Of a stretch of DNA of 64,000 bases, positions 1 through 13,300 are shown in pieces. Origin of the DNA: Takakia lepidozioides. Lineage: Eukaryota > Plantae > Bryophyta. The position numbers were made by a program, and so were the translations under genes. The stretch is taken from positions 81,964,001 to 82,028,000 of the forward strand of contig CM060731.1 of NCBI GenBank assembly GCA_030704615.1, read 5' to 3'. The notes under the pieces are model-generated. The model worked only from the letters and a program-made list of their open reading frames with translations. It did not search any database and was not told the origin of the DNA. Each line of letters starts with the position of its first letter. The stretch's first letter is position 1.

Positions 1-826
1 CGTTGTTAACCACGTCATCGTCATTATGCCATGTCATCATCGCGTTCAAGCCATGTCATCGTCGTCATCCACGTCATCGTCGTCGTCTTTTTTTAAAGCT
101 GCCCATATCGCCCAAAGCGAAAACCACAAAAATTAAAAACTTCCTGAACGGGCGTACCTGCCGGCGCGTGTGTTTCTGTTGTAAAGGAAACTCGAAAGTT
201 GACAAGCGTGCCGAAACTCTTGTGACCATTATATACAGATCTTGTGGGAGCTCGTGTCAAGCAGAAATTGCTGTGTACCAATTGCAATACATACCAGACA
301 GGTATTCGCGAGAAGAGAAGATCAACAACTTCACCGTCAAGGAGGCTCTCATCAGACCAAGAGAGACGGAACCGGGCAGCACGTTTCCCAGTTTTCCTAA
401 AGTAACAGTCCTCGACAATCACAAATTCCGAGACTTCCAAAAAACCGAGTACATCAACCTCAGCTGTCACGAGTTGTGCAGCAAAGAGTAGATTTTCTGA
501 GTATTTCTTTTTAGGAGCAAAAACAATTGGCAGCTACCAGCTCATGATCCGTGCAAACCTCAATTCCAGCCTGCACAGAATGGCTAAAAGAGAAACTTCT
601 CACATTGAAAGAATGTGTAATAAATGGATCACTGCTAGACTATCTAAGTAAGAACTAAGTAAGAATTGTTGAATCGGACGCTTACAATGGCAATAGCGTC
701 GATAATATTGTACACAGAAGATGTTTCTTCGAGTATGTCTCCTCAAAACTTGTATGATTCTGCAGTCGATGGACTGCAAACCTAGGCTAGTGGAGGTCGA
801 TCAAGATGGATGCATCATCAAGCGTC

Positions 827-2956
827 CTACACCGGGAAGGCTTTCGCCATGGCGTAGATTTTGGACACAGACATGTCTCGAATCCACCCAGCATCCAAAA
901 CCTCTTTCTCCTTCTTCCCGTTTTCGTTCTTTCCACTCAGAGTTACATTCTTTGCACAAAGTGCGATCTTCGGCAGCGGTGCACTACGATAGTGCAACAT
1001 GTGCGCCTCATCTCCCAAGAGGTTCAGCCCCGTCTTTGGTATGAGCGCCCAATGAACTCCACCTGCAAATGTCTGCATAAGAACATCGATCGAAAGGCAG
1101 CAAAAGGTAAGGATCTCTGTGGTCATCGAAATCCTAACTGAGCTCTGCATGTGTTGGAACTTGGATGGGATGTGATGATCTCACCACTCGAGGATTGACG
1201 ACGTATTTGCGTCTACCGAGTGGACCTATACAAAGCCACGGATTCGCCGTCGGGAGCTTCTCTCTACATTCAGGTGCAGGACGACGCCACAGCATGCGCT
1301 CCACCGCCGCTTCCGTGTTCCCTTTTGGAGCATTCCGGCAATCGTGCGTGTTGGCGTAAATGCTCCCGAAGCTGATCCACGGCTCGTCCTTATGCCGGCT
1401 TATGAACTTCGTCAGAGTGTCCGGAGCAGGAATCTAACCCAAAAAACCCCCAAAGTCAAAATCGCATTCCAAAACTCACACACCCCTGAAACATTCACAC
1501 TCTCAAATGAGAAGCTGCATCCCCACCTGCAAAAACTCGTCGTAATCAAAGAAGAAGACGCGCTCGGCCATGAAGCGAGACCGGTGCAGGCAGTCGTTGA
1601 TGAGGAGCACTTGATGGTAGTACCAAGTCGGGTAATCCGCTGCCAAGTTGGGATCCAGAATGTCGGTGATGCTCAACAGACCTGCATCCAAAAACCGCTG
1701 GAACGTCGACTTGTCCTCCTCCGCCAACCCTCCCATGTTATAGAAGAAGAAATGCCCCTTGCCCTCTGCGAGATAGTGATGGTATGTCATCCATTGCAGA
1801 ATCCAGTCCGCGCGCACCGTCCCGTGCATGGGCGCGCCACAAAACGCATACTTAAACGGAAGCTGGAACACAAACAAAGGAAACCTCATATCATCGACCC
1901 ACCTCAACAATCTTCGCATACTCAACCGGAAGCTGCAAACAAAGGAAAGCAGAGCTGATGATCGACCGACCTCAACATGGGCACAATGAGAACATCTGGC
2001 AGCGATCAAGATCAGGAGTTGGGGTTCACCTTCTCCGGCGGGGTCATGACGACGTCGACATCGCCGGGCTGCTCCTCCAGAGCCACGACGGGGAGATTGG
2101 GTTCCCAGCGGTCGTATCCCGTGGAGATTCGAAGCACAAGCAACCCGCCCTTGCGATCCGCACCCACTTCGTCAGCGAATGTGCAGTTGATGATGGTCGC
2201 ACTATACGTCCCGCGATTCTCATCGCTCTTCATGTACATCATGCGCGCCTCCGTTTCCACGAATCCGCTGTGGCCCTCCATCGGGAGGGTGCCATCGGTC
2301 GGGTGCCACTCGCAAGTGTGCGCTATCTTGTCCTTGTCGAAGGCTCTCGCGACGTAGGAGGTGATCCCCGTGACGAAGAAGGTGTGGAGCGACTGCCGGT
2401 ACGCGCTGAACTTGACGAACGAGTAGTGCGGGAGGCTCGCGGGCTGGAACACCCGCTGCCGCTTCGCCTCGCTCCTGTTGACCGAATTCTGATCCGGAAT
2501 CCCACTCGTGGACGAAAAGGTGGCGACCGGGATGGTGACCGCAATCTCAGCACCTTTTGGTGACGATGAAGACGTTGGCGGCGCTGTGGGATCTAGAGAT
2601 TGCAATGTAGTTGAGTTCTCGTTTGAGGCGAGAAGATCATCGCCATCCGCCCCACTCTCAAATTCCTCAAATGGAACCGTCTGATTGTCAGCTACTGCTT
2701 CCTTTAAGTTGCTAGATTCATCTGCGTTGATGATCCCTGCTGTTACCTTCGGGACGTCGCCAGTTGGCGGTACTGATGCGGCCGGCTCCTGAGTATGCAA
2801 CCCTCGCGAGTACGCGAAAATCTCCGCAAGGTTGAACCCCTGGCTGGGTCCTAAGGAGATGCGGTTCAGCACAACAGAGAGCGGAATGAGGAGAACGATT
2901 GCAACCAGCAACGACACCACCACCCCGCGCACCGTGGAGTCCTTCGACAGACTCAT
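827..2956 (-). CDS. Glycosyltransferase family 92 (GALS-like galactan beta-1,4-galactosyltransferase), type II membrane protein; exons 2956-2030, 1862-1527, 1433-1185, 1072-827
   Basis: N-terminal TM helix (VVVSLLVAIVLLIPLSVVL). GT92 motifs FVKFSAYR, YAFCGAPMHG...WMTYHH, YYHQVLLINDCLHRSR...FFFDYDEF and GRRKYVVNPR-TFAGGVH. The GT-AG junctions join all four exons in frame. Confidence 0.88.
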
Positions 2957-4381
2957 CGTGCTCACAACCTCATCAAACAGACCAGTCCTCACAGATCCAA
3001 TTTCCGAGTTTCAAAGACTCCCGCACTCTGTTTACGACACCTTCGCAACCCATTCGCCGCCTTCATGGCACTCTTCCCTGTGCAGCAATCTCTAGATCTC
3101 TCTCACCTACACAAACCACTCCACCAAATCTGTCACATGCATTGTCTTCAACCTCTTCACTTAGTGTCAACCAATCCAACATGCAAATCTGCCGCAGCTC
3201 ACTAGCTTCTTCAAAATTGTTATGCACCTCCTCAACTGCAGCTGTAGCCCTGCTCTTGCTCCCGAGATTCATTATTCTAATGCTTCGATTTCCATCGCTA
3301 CAGTTGTCTAGTAACTGCATCCTAGGGTCCCACTGAGGCGTGACATAAGAACATCGTGATGGATCATCAAGAGTGTCCCTCCTATATATACTAGCGAGTT
3401 GGGAGTGAGCTGGGTGCAAGGTTTTGAAGGGTGGTGCAATATTTTGGATTTTGCTATCTTTAACTTTCTGTTTGGAAAGAGCACAGCGGAGTTGACATGG
3501 TGAGGATCAACTTCGAAGGCTGCGTTTCTTGCAGAATAAGATAAGATGGATTAAGTTATGGTACACTTCCAATTTTCTGTCACGTGTGCCCAGCACTGAC
3601 ACCGATACTAGAAAGTGTCAACGATAATCTGTTTTCCTGTCTGCGTTGGACGATGCATCATACTACAAAGTGAACAATTTGCTTTGAGTGTGAACCACTA
3701 AATTAAGCTGATGACCCTTCCAGATTACTGTACCTGAAGCAATCTAAAATGAACTGTTTGAAAGGAACACTTCAGGCTTGAGCTGCACTAGAAGAGTCCA
3801 CGTCGGAGGATGGAGTGGCATTTTCTTATGATGTACTGCATCTGCGTAAAGCTCATTTGGGACTGTTTGGGCCTGCACATGATGGAAGTGTGAAGCAAGT
3901 TCTGCTGAAAAATAAAATACAGTTTCCTTTTCTCACTCAGCCCAGCTAATATCAATGGAAGCCATCTGAACGTATCTGCTAAGCCTCAGATTGCAATGGA
4001 ATTGATGAACTAGAGCACAAACCTTATAGTAGACGCCCAGCCCTCGGAACGCTGCATTGAACACGATGATGAAGACATGGTCTTCAGAAAGATATTCCAT
4101 CACAACCTCATACTAATACCATAGTCACTTTGGTATGGCATCTTCATGCAACAGTGCTGCTAACAGAACTCTTTGGGGGGCATCCTCATGACAACAGTGC
4201 CACACAATACTGGGCCTGCATGAATCACATAGTAATTTAAGTGCCACCAAAATAAGAAGGACAGTCTCTACGCAATTAAGTATACCTTCTCTAAGTATGG
4301 GCAAACATTGCCTACTCTGATCTGGACCCATTCAACTATTATATCACCTGTATTAAAGGCGTCTAAATTTATACAACATAT

Positions 4382-5981
4382 GGGCCGTCGTCAATTATCA
4401 CTCCAGCCGAGAGGCAATGAATAATCCAAGTCTGGTACACGACCTGAATCTGCTAAATTTGACCAAGCTCCTTTCGAAGTCACTCTTCAAAACCGCACCC
4501 AAGTAACACATGAGAAGAATGCTCAACCATCCAAAGGACTGAGACCAGTGTTTTTTTTTGACAGGTAGCCCTACCTTTTGTGACAGTTTTTTTTTTTTTT
4601 TTACTTTCACTGTGACAGACAACTTCGAGAAAATGCCTTTCACATGACAGGTTGACAGATTTTTGACCTTTCACACAATTTTATCATATGAAATTAAAAC
4701 AAAAATTGAAAAGAAGTGTGAATTTCTTACAACTACAATTAGTGAAGCTCCAGTCCGTGAATACATATGATATTGTCTTTACTATTTTCATGGGTTCCAA
4801 CCCAAACATGTAGCATTCGTACCACTTATTCTCTAACTATAAGACTTTAGCATTTTTAACCTCGTCATACGCCCAAGCCTCTCTTCTTTGAGAGATATTT
4901 TCTTGGCTTATCAATGAGCTAGGAAATACAACATGCCAGATGATTGTAAGTTTGTAAGTAAAGATTTAGTTTTCCCATATCATCTTCGATTTTTAGACTC
5001 CCCCCCTGCAGGGTGTTCCCCTTTCGATATGCTCTTACGGCCTTCTTGGAGGTTATTTTTTCCTCCCTCTGATCTGCTTTATACGTACCTTTTTTAATAA
5101 AGTACCCAGGGCCACTGTCCACTGTTCTCTTAATTGTTTTTAAAAAAAAATCATGCAGGATGGCAGCGTGGGTGCAGTTGTTTGAATATGGCACCTCCTC
5201 CACAACAAATGCTTTTGAAATAGGATCAGGAGATGGACTCAAGAAGAATTTTTTTGGCACTGCTGTGGGCTGCGGGTACCCCTGTAAGGGAGAACAAGTC
5301 AAACAGGCACTACATGTTTTGAACCAGCAATTCATTTTGGCCGCCAAACTCCAATACTTAATTGTGCATTTTACAAGGGTGTATCAAGAGTGACGACCCT
5401 AAACAGGAAAGCAAGTGCATGCCCACATTATCCAAAATGGATTCGAGCCAAATATCCGTCTACGCAACACCCTTGTCCAAAAAAAGAAAAAAAAGAAAAA
5501 GAAAATCAAGAATGGAGGCTAGAGCACGCATAGGAAACAAAGAGGGAGAGCCTACTTAGAGGTTTAAGGCTTGAAACACAAAAAAGAAGGGCTGGCAGTG
5601 CCTTGGTGAGGCTCCCCTAGGTGGAACTAGTAAGATCAACAATAACTACTAACAATTTGTACCTTTTTAGCCTCTCCTAGGTGGACTTACTAATAAAATT
5701 ACTAATAACTATCAGTAATCTCTGGTAGATTCTCTATTCATAACTTGTACCTTTCAGGCTTTGTGAGCCTCTCCTAGGTGGACTTAGTAATAAAATTATC
5801 CCTAATTATCAGAAATTTCTGCCATTCTTTTGACAGGCTATTTTTGTTTTTGACTTCCACTGTGACAGGCATTTTTTTCTCATTGCCTTTCTTTTGACAG
5901 GCTCATTTTTTTTTGGCCTTTTTTTGCCTGTCAAATGCCTTGTGACAGGTGCAAAAATCAGCCTTGACTGAGACGGGCCGA
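4382..5981. mobile_element. Possible non-autonomous DNA transposon (imperfect GGCC(C)GTC..TCAA ends, clustered subterminal TGACAG motifs)
   Basis: GGGCCGTCGTCAA at 4382 versus TTGACTGAGACGGGCC near 5964-5979. TG(T)GACAG clusters at about 4558-4660 and 5830-5950. Internal CTCCTAGGTGGAC repeats at 5612-5800. No clear TSD. Confidence 0.3.
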
Positions 5982-6043
5982 CGTCCGGGAAATAATTTCA
6001 GTTGAACCAGCCAGTAGCCGCTCATTCCCAGCAGCAATCGGCT
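5982..6043 (-). mobile_element. Terminal fragment of the hAT-like element family seen at 53803-54618
   Basis: 62 bp that are the exact reverse complement of 54554-54615. Confidence 0.75.
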
Positions 6044-7386
6044 TGGAGACAGTACTTATTACCAAACTCACCTGCGTAAGAAGCTCGTCATCGTAATTGC
6101 CATGCTTTCACTCCTGTAGCAAATGATGTGTGAAACAGCCTCATCCAACTTGTCTGAGACCACGGCACCTTTTCAAACTGCCTCATTACCTAGCCTTCTG
6201 AGAACGAGAGAGGCAACTGATTCGGAATCCGGGTAACTTAAGTAAATAGGATGAGCATACTCAAAATTGCACATAAGTGCTACAGACAACCAATTGGGAA
6301 GTTAAGGACAAAGTCTGAAACCTACTTGGAATGTATGGGCCTTGCAAGGTATAGGGTGATCCCTTCGAAACAGCCCTTTGGAACTCACGACTGGTAAATA
6401 TGTGCACGAATGCTGTGATGGCATTGATTCTACTCACCTAAATATTCTCTAGCTATGAATGAAGTTGGATGACCATTAGGATGAAGCCAGGATGACGAGC
6501 TGGTGTATCTATGATAAATAAAGTGCAAAGGTGTGTAAGAGCTCTAGATGAAGTCGTGTGACTAACCCGCAAGGAGGGGATGATGCCAGATCGCATGACT
6601 AGAATCTTGGTGGAGACGGTTGACCAGATTTTCTGTCCCCTGAATGGACGAAACATTCTCTGCAGGTACTGGGGATAGGGAAAAGCTGCACAGCTATGGC
6701 GGTGCTATCTGCTCTGCGAAAGTCGTGTCATCATTTAAGGCTTAAAGAAGGGGCGACAGTGGCCCTCAGATTTTAGTAGCGGGAAAAAAAGATTGATTAT
6801 GCTTTCTCAAAAGAGAAATAATAAATGTTTCTCAAGTCTCAAATCTGAAGTCTCAACATGGTTACTAATGCATTATGAATGACAACACAAAAATATCAAC
6901 TATAAAAATGCACATTACGCAAGGACACCAATGTGGCTACAACCTCCCATAGTCTATAAAACTCTCGTTCTTCCTACTATCCACAACGGCCAATGTCAGC
7001 TCACCACCGGTGCAAAATCACCAACAACTTGTTTGTGTTCCTCATCGGTCGCATTTGTCTTTCCAATTGCTCCCATCAGTCTTCACAGTCCCATTGTATC
7101 ATAGTCGGCATCTTCATAGCCATTTCATGAGGTTCATAGTTCGTACAATAAGATTTCCATTGGGCCGCACGGGTATATGTGTGTATTGGCACAAGATTAC
7201 ATAAGACAGTCCCACATCTTTGAGATATGATTCACCAATGTTACAGTCTAGTGCAGGCCGAGTGTCATATTTCTGAGCTAACATTTGTGACAGTAACCAC
7301 TGGAAAAGCATCACTTCATTTGAGAGGGTGTCCACACAACATGCAATCATTGTATTTGAGCGCACCACTCCAAGGGCTTTCCAGCT

Positions 7387-10300
7387 CTACAAGATATCCG
7401 AAGGATGATGGGAGTTGGACCAGTACTCAGCAACCAGTTTGGCAAACAATGAGGAACTATTCTCCAATAGCTTCGTAGGTTGGTCAAACTCTGCCAACAT
7501 CCCTGCAACCAAAATCCCACCATAGCAAGCAATCAACAGACAAATCAACCTGTACACATACCCAGAGCTGTACAAGAGTATCCTTGGGAATGATTTTTTT
7601 AACTAGCTGGCCTTGAGTTCATCAAGGTGTCAGGTTAGATACAGTTTTCCCGACTTTTAAGATGACATCATAACAAGAGAGCAGAAATTCAAGTGAGAAC
7701 AAGTTAGTGGACGGCACATTGTCATACCATCATGCAGGGCTAGAACCATGTCGCTATCGACCACGGTTGGGATGCGATGAGCCACCGTTATGACTGTACA
7801 ATGAGAAAATTCCTGGCGGATGATTCGCTGGAGGATTGCATCGGTGGTATTATCAATGGATGCTGTAGCTTCATCCAGCACCAATATGCGGCTGTGCTTC
7901 AGAAGTGCACGGCCCAAACAGAAGAGCTGCCGCTGCCCTACGCTCCAATTCTCTCCATCATCTCCCACTGAAAAGCTCCCCAATAAACCACAATGACAAG
8001 AATATCAGCATGATTTCTTTGGCACTGCACTAGGTGAGGGAGAAATGAAATGAAATGGTGCTTTATAACATCCGAGAAAGCAGACAGCAAGACAGATTAC
8101 TGCATCTCAGAGAGGCCCAAAGAGAGTGGTATACTACAAAAGACTGACCGCACCTGGAGCATCAAGAAGCTCCAGTTTCTCTCGAATGCTATCACCCAGC
8201 TGACATTTGTCCAATGCCTGCAATCCATACACAATTAAGAAAGAGCGAAACTTTATCATGTTCACAACGGGGCCACGAGTGCCCATGGGACATGGTAGAA
8301 CAAACCAAGTTTGTGTGCGCTGTGTGAGAAATGAAATGGTACTTTATGTGAGAGAAGGGATTTATTACGTCCATGGGAGGCCCAGAGGAGGTCCATGGGA
8401 CAGAGTAGACCAAATGGAAAATCAAAGCCCCAAAACTTGCAGAGACGAACTGCCTTGAGAGAGAGTACTATGTACGAAAGAAAAAAATTCAGTCGGAGTG
8501 GTAACAGCTTTTCTCCTCATCTACATGTACAATATACATACATGCTTATTACATCTCGTAACACATAACAGAAGAGCTTGCACTCTAGTTTGAGCTGATG
8601 AAGATATTCCTATGCTCCAAACTAGTATGATTTGCATGGATGTATTTAGCTCCAGAAAAGCGAACATACACACCTCCCAGATTTCAACATCAGAGTGTTG
8701 GGCAAGAGGATCCAGATTGAATCGAACAGACCCTCGAAACAGGGTGGGCTCCTGCGGGATGATGCCCAAGCTTGACCGCACATCATGTAATCCAAGGGTG
8801 GTTATATCCAAGTTGTCTATCAAGATCTTTCCACCAGCTGGCTCCACTAGGCGGAAGAGAACGCTGATGAGGGTGGATTTGCCACTACCAGTGCGGCCCA
8901 CAATCCCGACTCTTTGACCCCCTTCAAAAGTACATGTAATTCCCCGCAGCACTAGAGGGGTATTTGGCCTATAGCGAACCTGTTTCAGGGGATGAAAAGC
9001 TTTCAATTATTCACAAGATGCAGATTTCCATTACAATCACACTTTCTAGACTTTTGGATACAACTGCATCATAAACAGACAGAGAAATACAGACAAAGAC
9101 ACTACACAAAGGCTGAGGAGCAGGTGGATTTCGAGATGATAGCTCAATTTTAGGACCAGGACGGATGCCTTGGGAGAGTTGACAGAGAGAAACAAAAGTA
9201 AAGATCTGGGAGGACCAATAACCCACCTGCAAGTTTCGAAGCTCCACTTTGCCCAAGCTGGGCCAATGGGATGGAGGCCGTCTGTCTTCAATGACAGCTG
9301 GAGCCTCACTTACAAGATGCATATATTGCTTGATTCGCTCCACAGAGATGATAACATTAGCCAGAGTGCACTGATTTTGGACAGCAAAAACCTGGGAGGT
9401 GTTCAAAGAGAGCCCGTAGCTGATTGCCAGCCCCGCAAACCCTGCAAGAACACCCCAGAGATGATAAGCTCTCAACTTTGCAGTTCAGCTCCGGGTAACA
9501 GTGTGCACACTTGATCCCACTTTAGGCAGTGATAGTTGGACAACTTTGCTACATTGTCGAGATAGCAACCACACCACATCCTGTCCTGGCAGCTTGTGCT
9601 TAGCACCAGTGCAACCCCTTAGACCCTGCATATCTCCTCTCGGTGGCTCTCAAGTTTCACCAACTTGGCTTCTATACTCTACTCTCTGTCTCAAAAACTT
9701 TGACCCACAACTCTTCTTCCTTTTTGGCCTGTTTCATTCAATCTTACTGCCTCTTCTTTCAACACCAAACAGCAAGGAAAATTCCGCTTCTACACACTAC
9801 GCACCTGGATCGACTTGGCCCTCAGGCAAAAGCACAATCACAAGAGCAGATGCGCAGAGAACAGTAGCTGACAGAATCTCCAAGCGCTGAATGAGCCACT
9901 CGTTCGCGGCAAAACTGTGAAAGAAGGGACTAGCATTGGCATCAATAAGCTGCAAATTAATCCGGGCAAAAGCATCCTCCCTCTTGAATGCACGGATTGT
10001 GGCTGCTCCAGCAATTGCCTCACCAATATGGTGCACGATGGGTGACTTCGTTGTGCCATTTATCCGCATCAGCTCTCGTGCCGATGTCAGATAATAATCC
10101 TGTTCCAGCACATCCAAAATATAACTCAGAACTAATGTTTGACAAGATTGTGAAGAGCCATCTATCACCACCTCCAAAGGCATCACTGTCGAAACACACT
10201 CTGCTCTTTTCTGCTCTACCTCCCTTTCTTTAGCTTTTCTTTCAATCTATGCCCATAATTGGACCTAGGAACCGGGAACCTTGAAATAAAAAGTCTGAAT

Positions 10301-13300
10301 GCCTTCAGTAATTATAGACCACACCCTGCTTTCTGCAGAATTGTTCACACCTCTCCATATTGGCATGGTTTAATTGCCAGGGGTTCAACCCCTATCCTGT
10401 CCGAAAGAGACTAAACACTTCCTCCATTCAACCATTTCAAATGCCTCTACTCAACTGTGCACACTATGTTGTTCCCAACAATGCAAACTCTCAAACATGC
10501 TGCAAACAGTTTGAGAAAAACAAGAAGGGTAAGAGCTGTTGCACCTGAAGCCGCCTGTTTATGTAGATCATGGGAATGATAATGATCACAACTTGCCATG
10601 TCACCAAAGCAGTAACTGCAAGGCTACTCAGCGCATTCAAGACGGCTGACATTGAGAAGCCGAAAGCAAATGGCACATCCATGTCCACTATGGCTAAGTC
10701 GGAAGATATCTGCAACATGTATTTCCCAGTCTGTATATGTCAGCTCTATCTAACTCTGTTTTTAGGTATATGCTTCCACAACAGCTTCATAATCACCTCG
10801 CTCTCCACCATAGTTCACAGGGAAAAAGGTTCTGTTCTTTATTAGTTCCTTTTTCATCTCTCTACTGCATAATCCAAAAAGTTTTATGTGCAACACACAT
10901 GGGTTTTGAGACAGATAACTCACAAGCACTCTCAAATTTTACAGAGACAATTTCCCCCACATCAGGGAGAGCCACATTATCATGCCCTCATACCTCTCAG
11001 GGAATCTTCTACAGCCCTCAGACTGGCCCCAGGAGCTTACGAGTTTCCTTGCAGATGGTCTACAGACAGAAAGCAAGAGGCTACAATCTGTCCAGTGGCA
11101 GTGGAAGTAGAGCATCAGTTTTTCTTCTCCTGCCCTACACCTACGAGATCTGATCAAATTGTCTCTTTAGAGATTCCAATCTTCAGCAGAGGCCTTCTGC
11201 TTTGAAGAGCCCACGTGCCTTGTGGCCTACCAGATTGAGGCACCTCGTCTTCTGTGGACAATATGAAGTCTCTTTCCTTTGTTCTTTCATTCTCTCTCTT
11301 TCTGTGTGACTCTGTGGCCACAAGGCTATGGTAAACATCTGACTGACTCTGTCCCATGGGCCCTTGGGGCATTGTGCACATCATAAGTTTTTCTTCTATC
11401 ACAGGAGCGCCATAGAATTTTTTTTCGTTTCTTCTCTCTTTGACACACTATTTTGGTATTCTTTCATGTAGTTCATTTCATTTCTCAGTATCTTCTTTAT
11501 AATCTGAACACCTAATAAATCTGTAGATACACAAGGACATTAGGGAAAGAAGACAGGCTATGATCAGTTCGAAATAGGGAGTAGGTGTCACCAAGATGCA
11601 GACATCATAAGTTCCAAATTTACCCGACTAAGAATCCTTCCGGTTGAAGTTGAATCAAAAAATGCCATTGGGGCTTGAAACAGAGAATCCATTAGTGCTG
11701 AGAAGAATGACCGGGAAGCTGCAATTCCCATCATGGCGACAATTGCAGAACGAAAGATCACAAAAAACCCAGTGGAAATTGCTGTGCTGGAGTACACTGT
11801 AATTAATTTGGTCATGCTGGTTGCAGCATTCCCAACCTCAGACGCCATCCACCAGTTGGAGGCGATTTGTCCCCCTACAAACACACAGTGTGAAAGTACT
11901 GAAAGAGCCAAATAAGTGGCTCCATTAGCCTGTCTCAGGTAGTCCAAATATGCTCTTAGGCCAGGGTCTCCCGTCTCTTTTTCCTCCTGCTGGGTCAGCT
12001 GGATGTCCTTCGTAGCAGCCTCAGCTGCCTGGTTGCGATCCCCCTCTTTCTGTGATCTACTTCTACTGGGCAACTTCATTGGTTGTTGATAATGAGGACT
12101 TGGGAAAGACATTGGAGCTGCAAGATCTTTGGAATCTGAGAGACCACCCATAGCTTCCTCATGAGCAATAACAAGTTCCTCAAAGGCAGTACCGGATTTG
12201 AGAACTTCGTCATAAGGACCTGCTTGCCATATCTCTCCATCTCTCATCAACTGTAGAACCAGAAAATCCCACTTCAGAATAACTGCTTTTATTGAGATGC
12301 ATCAGCTCTCCCTCTTTCTCCTGCTCTCTGAAGGAATACAACCTAAATACAAAGGAGAATTTCCATTGGAAGGCTGTGGACACCCTCAACTTGAAAAGCA
12401 GGTATGAGAGAGACATAAAGAAAACCTCATATCAATCGCCTAGCAAATACGTAATGAGTGTCGTAAAGACTCTCCTCAGTCAGGAAAGGAATGGGCAGGA
12501 CTTTACCAGGATAAGATCAGTGGCTGGAAGGAACTCCACTTGATGAGTAACCAAAATGACCGTTTTTTTGGCTAGAACGCCCATTATACAGTCCTACAAC
12601 CGACACAACCCATCCCCGTGACTGCTAAGATAGGATTATAAAACAACTTGCAAACATACCAAATCTTCTTGTACTAAATGTCTCCCGTCACACATTCTAG
12701 GCCACATTTGTTTCTGAGAGCAGATGAAAGAAATCTACCAAGCCCACAAGAGTCCCAGAAAGCATCACAACTGAACTCATTGGAGACATGTACACAATTA
12801 ACCCCACATAGCCTAGTGGCCATATGGGCTTCACTTAGCACCTTGCTCCTTTAGGGACTGACGAGGAAAGATTGTACTCATAAGACGTTGTTACTGACGA
12901 GGAAAGAAATAAACTTAATGAGTCAATATGTTTATATGACGTGAGGGATGTGCTAGCTGTGGTTCGGGCTTGTAATGTATCTGACCCTACGCCAGAAAGA
13001 AAAACTCTGTAATGCCAACATTTGGGGCGGAGGGTGAGGATGGAAGGAAAATGGGACACAAGAGGATATCAAGTCTGAACCACGTCAACAAAAAGGGGGC
13101 CATTGGCATCCACTGTTTCCTTTAAGGAAATTGCACTTCATGGAAGTAGAACGAAAAGAAGCAAATATCATGCAGCCCAGTAGAACAGCACAGAGAGAAC
13201 TAAAGATGCTTTATAACATCAAAATGGGAGACACAGAAAACAAGGAGAAATAATATTCTTATGTCCCCAGGTGACCAAGAGTGTGTGAGAAAAGAAATGA

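Noticed and set aside
3-491. ORFs at the window start and CACGTCATC repeats at 1-90
   Set aside because: No recognisable domain and truncated by the window edge; probably a TE end.
1344-2563. Plus-strand ORFs of 204 and 201 aa, and similar antisense ORFs over ABCC, pol and TRM
   Set aside because: Shadow frames of real genes on the opposite strand, with no independent motifs.
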